From Octopus sinensis (taxonomy: Eukaryota), in NCBI RefSeq assembly GCF_006345805.1, contig NC_043000.1, positions 44,640,001 through 44,704,000 of the forward strand: 64,000 bases of DNA, written 5' to 3'. Shown here in pieces: positions 13,026 through 24,720 of the stretch (position 1 is its first letter; the number at the start of each line of letters is the position of its first letter). The notes beneath the pieces are model-generated. The model ran no database searches and was not told the DNA's origin. It saw only the letters and a list, made by a program, of their open reading frames with translations. The position numbers were made by a program, and so were the translations under genes.

Positions 13026-14124
13026 TATTTATGTTTTTGCATGTATTTATTATGTATTAGGTATCTATATATCTATGCATGAATGTATGTATGTATATAC
13101 GTATGTATGTGTGTATGCATGTATGTTTAAAGTAGAAATAGATATCCTTATAATCGTTCCTTTTCGAAACTGATAAAATGGATTTAAAAGAAAGTATATG
13201 GAACCAAAACAGATTGGCAACGATCCTTTATAAAAAAGGATGGCTCCTGTATTCCGGGTTTCTTAATAATCAAGATCCATTTAATCGTGTCACTGGCATT
13301 TCAAATACTTGTGTTCTGTACAATATGTATATACAAAATCTTATGAAACAGAACAAAGCGTACATTTCCTTTTCCTTCCAGCTCCTATTATTGAACAATG
13401 TCTAATAATAAATTGGATGAAGGCCACCTATTCTGAAGCGTTTATTACATTATGTAGCATATAGATATTTATCGAAACTATTTTTATTTGGCGGATTAGG
13501 GGCAGTGGTTTTTGGGGTGAAGCGAGACTTCTGAAATCAAGCATAGGATTCACTCAACGATCGCTTTCAATATCAGAATATATTACCTGTTCAATGCGTA
13601 TTGATAGGATTTTCCTTCAGTGGGTCTGATATGCATTATCTATTTAACAAACCACTTTTACATACCATTCCCTCCTCTTTTTCTTTTATTCTCTCTCACA
13701 CCCCCACAAGTACATAAACTTTTTTTATTCATACGTTCACCAGAGATTCCTCGGCGCACTGTGTATACATACACACGCACAAATACATACGTATGCGTAT
13801 TCACATATATTTGCATACATTTTTATATATGCATCGATATATTTATGCACATATGTGTGTGTGTGTTTAATTGTGTGTGTGGGGGGGGGTACATATATAT
13901 CACCTTTACAATTCACATATACACATGGGGAAACTATTTCTGGTGCGCCCCATATACATTAAAAGAAATCTTCAGAGCAGTAGAAAGGAATGTCTGAATG
14001 AGTAATCCATATGAAAGTCCGTTAAAATGACAAAATGGTTGTTGAACCTCAATGGATCATATCATTGACCATATAGAATGAAAGTGCATATTAATAACTT
14101 CAAACGAATAGTCTTGGCAGACAG

Positions 14125-14154
14125 TGTGATATATATATATGTGTGTGTGTATGC

Positions 14155-14188
<34 letters not shown>

Positions 14189-14197
14189 ATTTATATA

Positions 14198-14239
<42 letters not shown>

Positions 14240-14243
14240 TATG

Positions 14244-14289
<46 letters not shown>

Positions 14290-14306
14290 ATATATATACA
14301 TAAACA

Positions 14307-14360
<54 letters not shown>

Positions 14361-14365
14361 ATACA
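14125..14365. repeat. Compound (TA)n/(TG)n microsatellite
   Basis: Directly visible. Confidence 0.95.
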
Positions 14366-15683
14366 GGCATTCATATTCATACAATTTTACACGCTGTGTA
14401 TTTATAAATATTCGCACACATTCACATATATAAACATATGCACACACAGACACACGCATTTATGACTATAATTACGTACATATATATGTTTATGTAAGTG
14501 TATATATATACATATATATGTATGTATGTATGTATGTATGTGCGCACAGATATATTCAATTCGGACATGTGTGTAATAATGTGTTTATGAACGTGTAGTT
14601 TCATTAACGTTTCTATGCTTTAATGTATGTCTGCATTCTGATTTGTATGTGTTTATGCATATGTGGAAAACGCGTAAATATATCAAATAAACTTTGCTAA
14701 TATTGGAATCCGAGACCAAAGAAGCAATCACAAAAACAACTGCAACAAACAGAAAATCAAACACATTGAAAAAAAAATTTACGAAAAAATAGAGTTATAA
14801 AGAATACACGAATAGCGAACAATCTTATGAAAGAACATCAATTTCATTACATGTTATTTTGTTCACTTCGTTGATGGATGGATATTTGGATGAATGGTTA
14901 CATGGATGGATAGTTAGAAAGTTGTACGGTTGATCGAATGGAGAGAGATGGATGGAAAGATATTCATATGGGTGTTGTTTTTGATGGTTCTAATAGCGAT
15001 AACAGCAATGGTGGCGCTGCAGCGAGTTATATTAGTGCTATGGAGGTTTGTGATGCTTTTACACAACTGTATTGTTAACCGCAGAAACAGTAGTATTAGA
15101 AATTCATGGGCGCATGCATATATACGTATGTTTGTGAACGTCTATTTACATAGAGTTGCACAATAAAGGCACACATATATGTATAATGGATATACCTGCC
15201 ATGTTATGCATATATATATAAACACACACACTTCACATGTATGCTTGGAACTACGCTCTTTCCCCTTTTTTCCACCTTTCTCTTTTCCACTACCTTTTTC
15301 TTTATCACACACTCTCCTAATAGGCTGTTTCGGTTTCTCCCTTCTTCTTTATCTCTCCAGTCAGATACATGTATATTTTGGCATTTAGTTAATGTATATA
15401 TACTTATGTGCGCATCTCTCCCACCATGTCCACATTTCTATCTCTTTCTATCTCTCTTTCTCACTCTCTCTATCTATCAATCTCTGAATTTCCTTCTCTG
15501 TTGCTCTCTATCTATCAACCTCTCTCATTTTCTCTTTCTCCTTCTCTCTCTCTCTCTCTTAAATATATATATATATATATATATAAGTTCAGTAAAATTT
15601 AGTTTCAGATGAATATGATACTTAAGTTAAAGGCACCAGAATTTATTATGTTATTATCCATATAATTTAAAGTAAGGTGATAA

Positions 15684-15824
15684 TAATCAAAATAAGCTAC
15701 GAGGATATCCAGAGGCAAAGCAGTACGATCGTTTCATGCGACTCCATTTAATTTAATTCAATTAAATGGAGTCGCATGAAACGATCGTACTGCATTACCT
15801 CTGGATATCCTTGTTGCTTATTTG

Positions 15825-15828
<4 letters not shown>
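15684..15828. repeat. 145-bp palindrome with a perfect 34-bp inner stem
   Basis: 15720-15753 (gcagtacgatcgtttcatgcgactccatttaatt) is the exact reverse complement of 15760-15793; the outer arms are imperfect. Confidence 0.95.
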
Positions 15829-15886
<58 letters not shown>

Positions 15887-16150
15887 GGTCCCGGGTTGAT
15901 TCGGGGTTAACAACAGTAAATAAGGTACTCAATACATAGCAGAGTAAAATTAATTTATTATATAGAAGGAGCTTCTACAGAACTAGAACTGTTTCATTCA
16001 AGAGAAATCATCAGGAAGCTAGTTAACAAGAATTGTATTGGCATTTATACATTTAGGCAGGTTTAAAGGGGTAGTGGTGGGGGACTTTTTGGGGGTAGGC
16101 ATAGCGCAAAAATATCATACTTGGGGGAGTGGTCAAGGAGTCAGTGGTAA
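15887..16150 (-). mobile_element. Short HHR-bearing repeat (Penelope pLTR or retrozyme-like)
   Basis: Contains the HHR motif at 15970-16020 and is bounded by microsatellite/low-complexity tracts; no ORF. Confidence 0.5.
15970..16020 (-). ncRNA. Type I hammerhead ribozyme motif
   Basis: Minus strand: agcttc CTGATGA tttc-tctt-gaat GAA ACAG-ttctagtt-CTGT A gaagct. Helix I is 6 bp, helix III 4 bp, the cleavage triplet GUA; helix II has a terminal U-U mismatch. Confidence 0.75.
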
Positions 16151-16239
16151 ATTAGATAAAAGAATAAATAAAAGAATAAAAAAATAAAAAAATAAATAAA
16201 TAAATAGAAGAATAGAGTTTTAGGTAAACAAGGAGATTC

Positions 16240-16542
16240 TCACTTATACATATACACATATGTATATATATACACACACACATATACAAACACACGTACA
16301 TGCACACACACACATATATATATATACATATATATATACACACATATATATACATACATATATATATATATATATATACATACATATGCATATATATATA
16401 CACACACGCATGTATATATACACACACGACCACACATACATATACACACAAAAATATATACATACACACACATACACACATACACACACATATCCACATA
16501 CACACATGCACACACAAGTCCCTATATACACGTATGTACATA

Positions 16543-16574
<32 letters not shown>

Positions 16575-16625
16575 CATACATATGTGTACCTATACATACC
16601 TACACATACACACATATACATACAA
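16240..16625. repeat. Degenerate (TA)/(CA) microsatellite field
   Basis: Directly visible; the 110-170 aa YIYI/HTHT ORFs are artefacts. Confidence 0.95.
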
Positions 16626-16984
16626 ATACAAACCCATTCCCTAATTTTAATTTTATTATTATCTTCATTTATTACTTTTGTTATCTTTGACCGCGGGTCA
16701 CAAGCATCTTGGCTACGACAGCAAGTCCATTTATCTTTCTACTTGAACAGAAGCACTCACTCACGCACGCACCCTCATTAGCACGCACACTCACTCATTC
16801 GTACACTCATACACATACACGCACGCATGCGTTATGTTCATACATACATACATCTACATACATTCACATATATACACATACGTACGCGTACCTACAGATT
16901 CATGTCTACACGCTTAGAAGACTAGTCCATACATATACACCAATAAATATATATACACACATACATATACACCTACATACAAAT

Positions 16985-16990
16985 ACATAC

Positions 16991-17023
<33 letters not shown>

Positions 17024-17043
17024 ATATATATTATATATATACG

Positions 17044-17105
<62 letters not shown>
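16985..17105. repeat. (TA)n microsatellite
   Basis: Directly visible. Confidence 0.95.
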
Positions 17106-17109
<4 letters not shown>

Positions 17110-17119
17110 TTTTGTTATT

Positions 17120-17520
17120 TTATTTTAATACGTTTCAGGCATTTGATTGCGGCCATAACTGGAACACCGCCTTTACTCGAACAAATCGATCCCAGGATTT
17201 ATTCTTGGTAAGCCTCGTACTTATTCTATCGATCTCCTTAGTCGAACTGCTAAGTGACGGGGACATAAACACCCCAACATCGGTTGTCTAGCGACGGTGG
17301 GGGTGCAAAAACTAACACTCAAATACATACATACATACATATATATATGTGTGTATGTGAGTGTGTATTTATGTGTATATGTATACACGATGTGATGGGC
17401 TTCTTTCCGTTTCCGTCTACCAAATGCACTCACAATGCTTTGCTCTTCCCGGATCTATAGTAGATGACACTTGCCAAACCTGCCACGCAGTAGGACTGAA
17501 ACCGGAATCATGTGGTAAAG
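17120..17520 (-). mobile_element. tRNA-derived SINE, family A, diverged copy
   Basis: Collinear similarity to 6957-7382 (gggcttctttccgtttccgtctaccaaat...gacacttgcc...ccacgcagtaggactgaaacc). Confidence 0.9.
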
Positions 17521-17998
17521 GGAGAGAAAGACCAACTTCCAAATATGTCTGTAGACAGATGTGAAAATGGAGATAGATTGCTGTCTCTATCGCTAATATA
17601 CGTTTGTGTGTGTGTGTGCGTGTGCTTCTGTAGTTATATAATGATTTCTATGCGCACATAACGTTATTTAAATTAGTGTGTGCGTGAATGACTACACATT
17701 TCTTATTGTTCCCTCTTTTTCATGCGACAGACTGATATGAGGCATTATTTTATGCTAGCTGGCAAACGTTCATCTAACAATAATGAAGTGATACTTGTTA
17801 TGTATGTTTTGGGGGGTAACGTGGCGCTGTACATGTGATGAAGAAAATATAAGTTAAAACCACATCTAGAATTATTCCCGCACGTATTTGTACATACATA
17901 CTATCTGACAGATTTATTTATATAAACGCCATATATTCACACATATAGTAAAATCGATATACATATATACTTGTATGGATATGCGTGACAATGTGATA

Positions 17999-18033
<35 letters not shown>

Positions 18034-19468
18034 AATGTTTGTGCTCCACCACAACTTTAAAACTGGTGTTTCTGTTCGTACGTCTACCTAGCGATTTAGC
18101 AAATGGCCCCGGTAGCATTAGTACCATATTTTATTGCGAAGTTTGCACAAATTGTATGGTAACTTTAGCCTTTTGTCACAGTATTTGTATAGTGATATTA
18201 GCTTCTCGTTCTGCATCTTTTGAGGCTCTTATGGTGGTTCTACCATTTCGCACAACAGAATAATCAACGTCATCGAAATGTTTTTTGTACTTTTATCAAT
18301 TTGGTGTTCCCCCGCTCCGGTATGTATACAAAACTTAGCAGAATGCTGTCCACATTTCCCTTTTTTTTATCATTTATTTTTCCCTTGTCTAAGTTTCAAT
18401 TTCCATTTGTGGCTTGACGAAGTATAACTCAAACAATTTATGTAGAAATACCATTAATGTCCGTTTGTTTGGTTGCACGATGACAAAACTTCAACAAACA
18501 GAGAACATTTTCTTCATTCGGTAGAAATTAATATTCAAGATATTTGTGCGGTATTTGTCTCTAGGAAACATTTCTTAGAGACCTATAGTTTCTATATACA
18601 TAGAAATATATCAACAGCAGGGAACACACTACAGTAGCAGCAGTGGCAGTTCTAAATACGCATTTCAACTTTGTTCAACGTCAATAGTACCAATGTGAAA
18701 TAGCAAACAGATGGCCTGAGGAAGTTAGCCTTTCATCATACAGGTGTAAAAGCAACTGATTAACACATCAACAATACTACCATTGGCCGGCAGGCTCCAT
18801 AAATCTTAATTATGGATGACGGAAGCAGTATTAGTTCAAAATGGCGGTGTAGTTTACAACAGTTATACTGTTGACGACATAACTACGGAATTCGTTTCCA
18901 GAAGGTATTTCGTACGGTTGTGTAGAGCTAGAGGCACAAATGTATATCAGTAGTTTATGCTTCTTTCTGCGTCATCACTATCAAGTATCTTTTCCTCCGC
19001 TACTGATATATTTCTCAGCAATTAACATTTCATGCCTCTTTTTACACTACATCACGCAAATGTTTCCTCTCTATCTTAACTCTTTTCACGTATTGATATT
19101 CCGCTTGCCGCTGTTATAGCTATTTGCATAGCTAACATACTTCTAATGCCATCATGTTTTCTCTCTTTCCCTTACTATTTCCATATCTCTTAAACAACCC
19201 TTCTCTTTTAATATGTATCTCTAACTTTACATAAATAATTCCCGATGACAAAATTTGTCTTGTATATTTTCCATCCACCAGATATGTCATACAGTCTTCT
19301 GAGGAGAATCCGTGTCTTCATACTATTTTCACATATGTGGTTTCCATTCAGAATAAAGAGTCGTTTGCATGATGAAATCAAACGTTATATACCAAATATT
19401 GGCTGAATATGCGAAAAGACAGTAAACATATACATACATACATACACATATACATATACATATATAAG

Positions 19469-19469
<1 letters not shown>

Positions 19470-19543
<74 letters not shown>

Positions 19544-19564
19544 ATGTATATATATATATGCATG

Positions 19565-19595
<31 letters not shown>

Positions 19596-19744
19596 GTACA
19601 CACATATATATATATGCATGTATATATATATATATGTATATATATATATAGTAGAAGACACTTGTCCAAGGTAACTCGCAGTGGGACTGAACCCGAAAAG
19701 ATATGGTTGGTAAGCAAGCCAATTACCACATAGCCACCCCTGCA
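19470..19744 (-). mobile_element. (TA)n tract plus SINE family A head fragment (19649-19744)
   Basis: tagtagaagacacttgtccaaggtaactcgcagtgggactgaacccg matches the family A head. Confidence 0.85.
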
Positions 19745-19867
19745 TATATATAAATGCATACTCTCATATACATATACGCACACACACATACAGACACACA
19801 TACACGCACAAACAAACGCACGCACAGACACACACACACACACACACTCTCATATATATATACAAAC

Positions 19868-20190
19868 AGGGGACAGTCATTAGTCAGAATATTGATGACG
19901 TCCTTTTCTGCTTGAATAGTCACCTAACAAGTATAGACAGGGGGCAGATCTAATGTAGCTATAAGTCGTGATTGGGCAGAATCTGGATGACATCCCGCTA
20001 TGCTTGACTAACGAAGCGACTGGTCAAGACAGGAAACAAACAAGAGGGAGTTATAATGCAGCGATTGGTCAAAATAATGATGACGTCCCGTTTCACTTGA
20101 TTAAAGCCACCTAACGAAACGATTGGTCAAAACATTGATGACGTCACGCTACGCTAGATTGACCACCTAACAGGCATTATAAAACCAAGC
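19868..20190 (+). promoter_or_regulatory. Four repeats of an ATTGG (CCAAT-box) + TGACGT (CRE-like) pair followed by a TATA box
   Basis: ATTGG/ATTAG at 19879, 19971, 20064 and 20122; TGAC starts at 19896, 19988, 20081 and 20139 (always +17). Perfect TGACGTCA at 20139-20146; TATAAAA at 20178-20184. Confidence 0.55.
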
Positions 20191-20526
20191 ATTTCACAAA
20201 AAATCACTAGAACCACCCAGCGAACTTCCACCATGGGTCATCACAATTGCTTAAGGTAAAAATGAATTCCTCGCTCTTTCGGAAACATCAATCTTCTGTA
20301 TTGACCGCTTTCCACCACTTTGATCTGTTTTTTGTATTGAATACGTATCGCCACCGTGGGCCACTGCATCGAACACTTTGAACATATACTTCAAACTATA
20401 TATCAACTATACATGAACTATATATCAACTATACATGAACTCTAAGATGTCTGACTCCGTTGTGTATTATAAATGAATTTCTTGTGTTTGACGGTATGAG
20501 CTGTCTCTTTTTATATATAACTTTTT

Positions 20527-20563
20527 TTGATAAGGTTCATTTCAGGAACTGAAACATGTTATA
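20527..20563 (+). ncRNA. Degenerate hammerhead ribozyme-like motif
   Basis: TTGATAA GGTTC-atttcag-GAACT GAAAC AT GTT: two substitutions in the CUGAUGA core, with helix II and the palindromic ACATGT helix III retained. Probably inactive. Confidence 0.4.
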
Positions 20564-21355
20564 ATGTATATATAAAAATTAAAAATTGTATAATACAGCA
20601 GCATTTTCGAACTTCATTTTTTACAAATATATATATATATATATATATACATTCGCGAGTTTAGGCAGGTTTATATAACACGCGTTGTGTATTCAGGCAG
20701 CCCACACTCTCTGAGTACATGTATGTAATTTTCCAAAGAATACGCTAGTACAAGAGATATTAAAGAAAAACGAGATGGAGAATGCAAAGTGGATGGGTGA
20801 GTAGGAACGACAAAAGAAAATAGATTAAAAATTAGATTGTATCCTTGACCATTACGTCATAATTAAACTAACGTCATAATTAAACTCTGGCCTCAAACAG
20901 CTGCTCTGGAGGTGTCCAGTTCAGCGATGGAGATTAATCCGTATGTTTGAATTTACTGAGATTTTTGGTTCTGGAATTCCGTAGTACGGTGTAAATCTTA
21001 GATCTGAAAAGAATGTGCTATCATGCAGCTAAACATCAATTGCATTTCTTAGGTTTATTGATATATGGCATGGATTTCAATTCTATATGTACTACTCATA
21101 CACACACTCACAGATACACACACACACACATAATCATCGTATGTAAAAGGAGATTAATGGATGCAAAGAAGATCCACTGTCAGAAAATTTGCAAATACCG
21201 TGTAACAATAATTTATGCAATAATGTTCAATTATTTATGTTCGTTTAGTCACAACATAGATATAGTTCATGTATATAGATAGGAATATGAACATGGCTAC
21301 ACCTTCAGTAGAAATACTGATAATATACATACATACACATTTGTGTATATATATC

Positions 21356-21388
<33 letters not shown>

Positions 21389-21488
21389 TTGGGTACAAAA
21401 AATTCAGGGTGAATACTTCATAACTGTAAGCACTTGTATATGCCAGTTAGCGGTGTAGGTGATAGGGTATATGTATCAAAAGAAAAAG

Positions 21489-21848
21489 AGGATACAAAGG
21501 ATTTAGAGGTACATATGTTTCTGGCTTTATTGGACAGTTTATATCAATGCGTAATTGATGTAACATACCGTTTTTTCACTCGATATAGAATCGAGTGAAA
21601 AAACGGTATGGACGTTTTTTTTGGGGGTGTCTCGCTTTGCCACATACGACTATGAGAATTTGCATTCCCAACGAAACTCGTCTTTTTCACAAACTTCTTC
21701 TGAAACCTGCTATAATGTAACACGTGTCTTTGGTATTGTAATTGTGCGCGGCTGAAGAAGGCTATTGACATACATGTTACACCAATTATGCATTGATATA
21801 AACTGTCCAATAAAGCCAGAAACATATGTACCGCTAAATCCTTTGCAT

Positions 21849-21851
<3 letters not shown>
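21489..21851. mobile_element. 363-bp element with 78-bp terminal inverted repeats and an internal perfect hairpin
   Basis: 21489-21566 versus 21774-21851 are reverse complements with about 4 mismatches. There is a 21-bp perfect stem at 21564-21610, and (TA)n follows on the right. Confidence 0.8.
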
Positions 21852-21908
<57 letters not shown>

Positions 21909-22074
21909 TATAATATATATATAATATATATATATATATATGTAGGTATGTGTATACATATACCGACTGTGCTGGGTAAATTGTCGCTGTTTTATACATT
22001 TAATTTCGTGCATGTGTGTAGTATGTTTTTGATTTTGTTCTCTACACAGCATAGTAGGGTTATTTGGATACCAT

Positions 22075-22605
22075 CTACGAGAAAAACATCATAATGACAC
22101 TATTCCCTCTGCCAGACATTTGGAAACGACCTGCTGTACTGCTTGGATTTAGTTCCAAAAAGTTCCAAAACGAATATTTCAGTGTGTTTGGGTATCAATC
22201 TAGGTTCACTGCAATCTGAGGATATATTCTGACACTAATAAAAGTCAAACATTCCACCAATATCATGCTGTTTGGAGTGATCACTAATAATGGCAACGTT
22301 ATGCCTCCATTCATCTTTCCGCATGGCCTCACACTCAACACGGAGGCTTACATCAAGTGCATGGAAGAGGTGGTGCTTCCCTGTTTCAACAGAGTGTCTG
22401 GTGGAAGATCCTATGTTTGGCAAAAGGATTCTGCAACATGCCACACAAGCAGGAAAAACAGTCATGGCTGTCAGACAGTTTCTGCGATCTGTCTCTACTA
22501 ACATCTGACTACCTAACTCTTCAGACTGCACTACCCTCGATTTTTGTACGTGGGGCACAGTTGAGCGAGAGACCAACAAAACACGTTGTAACACCGAAAA
22601 GAAAC
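22075..22605 (+). mobile_element. Tc1/mariner DD37D (maT-like) transposase fragment, internally deleted
   Basis: VKHSTNIMLFGVITNNGNVMPPFIFPHGLTLNTEAYIKCMEEVVLP...YVWQKDSATCHTSRK, then frameshifted ...NSSDC..LDF..WGTVERETNKT. Confidence 0.85.
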
Positions 22606-22608
22606 AGA

Positions 22609-23005
22609 ATGCAGCGACCTGGCAGAAACGTTAAGCACGCCGGGCGAAATGTTTGGCGGCATTTCGTCTGCGGTTACGTTCTGAGTTCAAATTAAGCTGA
22701 GGTCGACTTTGCCTTTCATCCTTTCGGGGTCGATTAAATAAGTACTAGTTACGCACTGGGGTCGATATAATCGACTTAATCCGTTTGTCTATCCTTGTTT
22801 GTCATCTCTGTGTTCAGCCCCTTGTGGGTTTTAAAGAAATAGGTATTTCGTCTGCCACTACTTTCTGAGTTCAAATTCCGCCGAGGTCGACTTTGCCTTT
22901 CATCCTTTCAAGGTTGACTAAATAAGTCCCAGTTACACACTGGGGTCGATATAATCGACTTAATCCATTTGTCTGTCCTTGTTTGTCCCCTCTGTATGTA
23001 GCCCC
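22609..23005 (+). mobile_element. SINE family B, dimeric form (head plus two tandem cores)
   Basis: The core atttcgtctg...ttctgagttcaaatt...gaggtcgactttgcctttcatcctttc...actggggtcgatataatcgacttaatcc occurs twice (about 22665-22825 and 22845-23005). Related monomers are at 33256, 36786 and 56839. Confidence 0.9.
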
Positions 23006-23099
23006 TATATATATATATATATATATAATCAACGAAAATATGATATTGAAGAAAAGCAAAATTAGAAAATCAAAACGTGACGAGGTTATACATGCAAAG

Positions 23100-23235
23100 T
23101 ATTAAAAGACACTCAGGGTAGGTAAGAAAAGTTGTTTGACGTTTCGAGCAAATTTCTTCAGAAACAGGAGATAGAGGAAAGTCCAAGAGAAAAGAAGCCA
23201 GACGAAAGAAATTGCCAACAGTGCACATGTATTTA
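23100..23235 (-). mobile_element. Penelope-type terminal repeat fragment containing a minimal HHR (23134-23165)
   Basis: Minus strand: gttt CTGAAGA aatttgctc GAAACGTC aaac. Core, palindromic ACGT helix III, GUC triplet and 4-bp helix I are present; helix II is damaged. Confidence 0.6.
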
Positions 23236-23924
23236 CATTGTGTATGTGTGCGTGGTTGCTTTGATGTGCGTGTATGTTTGCGCTTAAATATATATACACG
23301 TATATTCACCATTAACTTCCAACTGTAAATTGTATTAGTTGAATATCAGTCAAACGAGAAGCCTATCGTTTACCTAAACATATTGTTATATTTTATTTCT
23401 TTTATATTTATATTCGTACTAATATTTATCTTCGTAAAATATATATTCCATTAAATGAAGAAACGAAGGTAACACAGGCATTAAATGTAATACTATAAAT
23501 TCCACATATGCACTCACATACATACTGACACATAAATTTACTCACAAGCCAAAACACATGTACACACACACTCACATGTATATGCTGACTATTCTTTTTA
23601 TTTCCAATTTCCTCTTCCTTATAGCACTTAGTGTTGACATACGAAATTCAAATAAGAATTTTCCTGTGTATTATTTCAATTTCCGACTATTCTGCAGAAA
23701 ATAAGTCGCAAGCAAAGCAAATACTCCAAAACTAAATTTTGAATCAAGCTTTCACTAATAGACTGAATTCTCAGTTTCATTTTTTTTTCTGAGTATTTCA
23801 AAAGCTAACCCACTTACTCTAAGTATACGTTGATTTCTGTGAAAGTTTGTTCTTGAAAACTACAGCAAATGCTCAACATTTATAAGTGTGAGTGTGCACA
23901 TTTATGTGTAGGTGTATCGGCGAC

Positions 23925-24310
23925 TCCAGTCGGTCCCTTCCACTTCGCACATCTTCTCTAACCGACCATACACTCATTCAAATTAGCCTACAACTTACGA
24001 GACCTCTTGTTACAGAGCGTCTTCTCTAACCCAACCTCCCAACCTGGCTCGTTCCCTTACTCCTGCCCATGCTGCTGCACTTGCCCTTACCTCTCCGACA
24101 CCATCCTCCTCACTGGCACCCATCATCGACGCTATCATATCACTGACTCGCGCCATTTCCGCTCTACCGGTCACTCTTCACAACACCTGTGTTCGGATTG
24201 TACTTACACAGGGACCATCCGGACTCAAGGCTACGCCATGTGCAGGGATTAATTTTCTCCCTTCATTCCTTTGCGCCGCATGGGTTCAAGTCTCCTCTGC
24301 TCTTCATTTA
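23925..24310 (+). mobile_element. Penelope-like element, GIY-YIG endonuclease C-terminal region with internal deletion
   Basis: PGSFPYSCPCCCTCPYLSDT...YHITD//SRHFRSTGHSSQHL, then frameshifted VFGLYLHRDHPDSRLRHVQGLIFSLHSFAPHGF. This fits the CxxC...H...E-LIFxL...PxGLN pattern of PLE endonucleases; the YIG motif is missing. Confidence 0.75.
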
Positions 24311-24720
24311 CCCCTCCTCTCACCTCTCTTCCTGTCTCCTTTCTTCCCCTCACACCTACTTCCTGGCACCTACTTCCTCTCTTCACTCCTATCCACCTTC
24401 CCCCTTCCACCAACTCAATACATCCAATCCCACCCCACCCCACCCTATGACTTAGACGGCACTCTTGCATCCCCCTCTCTCGACTCATAAACACCCACCA
24501 CCCCACACCACATCTCGCACCACCAAACAACCACATCACACCACCACACATCACCACATCATACCACCCCGTACACACTAGCTCTGACCACTTCCCAGCA
24601 TCCACACCACCATCAACACTCCTACACATGCACACACGCACACGTCAATGTCACCAGCCCCCTTCCACACGCATATACATGTTCTCACATACACAAGCAC
24701 GCGCACCTTTATTTTGGGAT
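24310..24720. repeat. C/A-rich low-complexity tract downstream of the PLE fragment
   Basis: Runs of cct/cac/acc. Confidence 0.6.
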
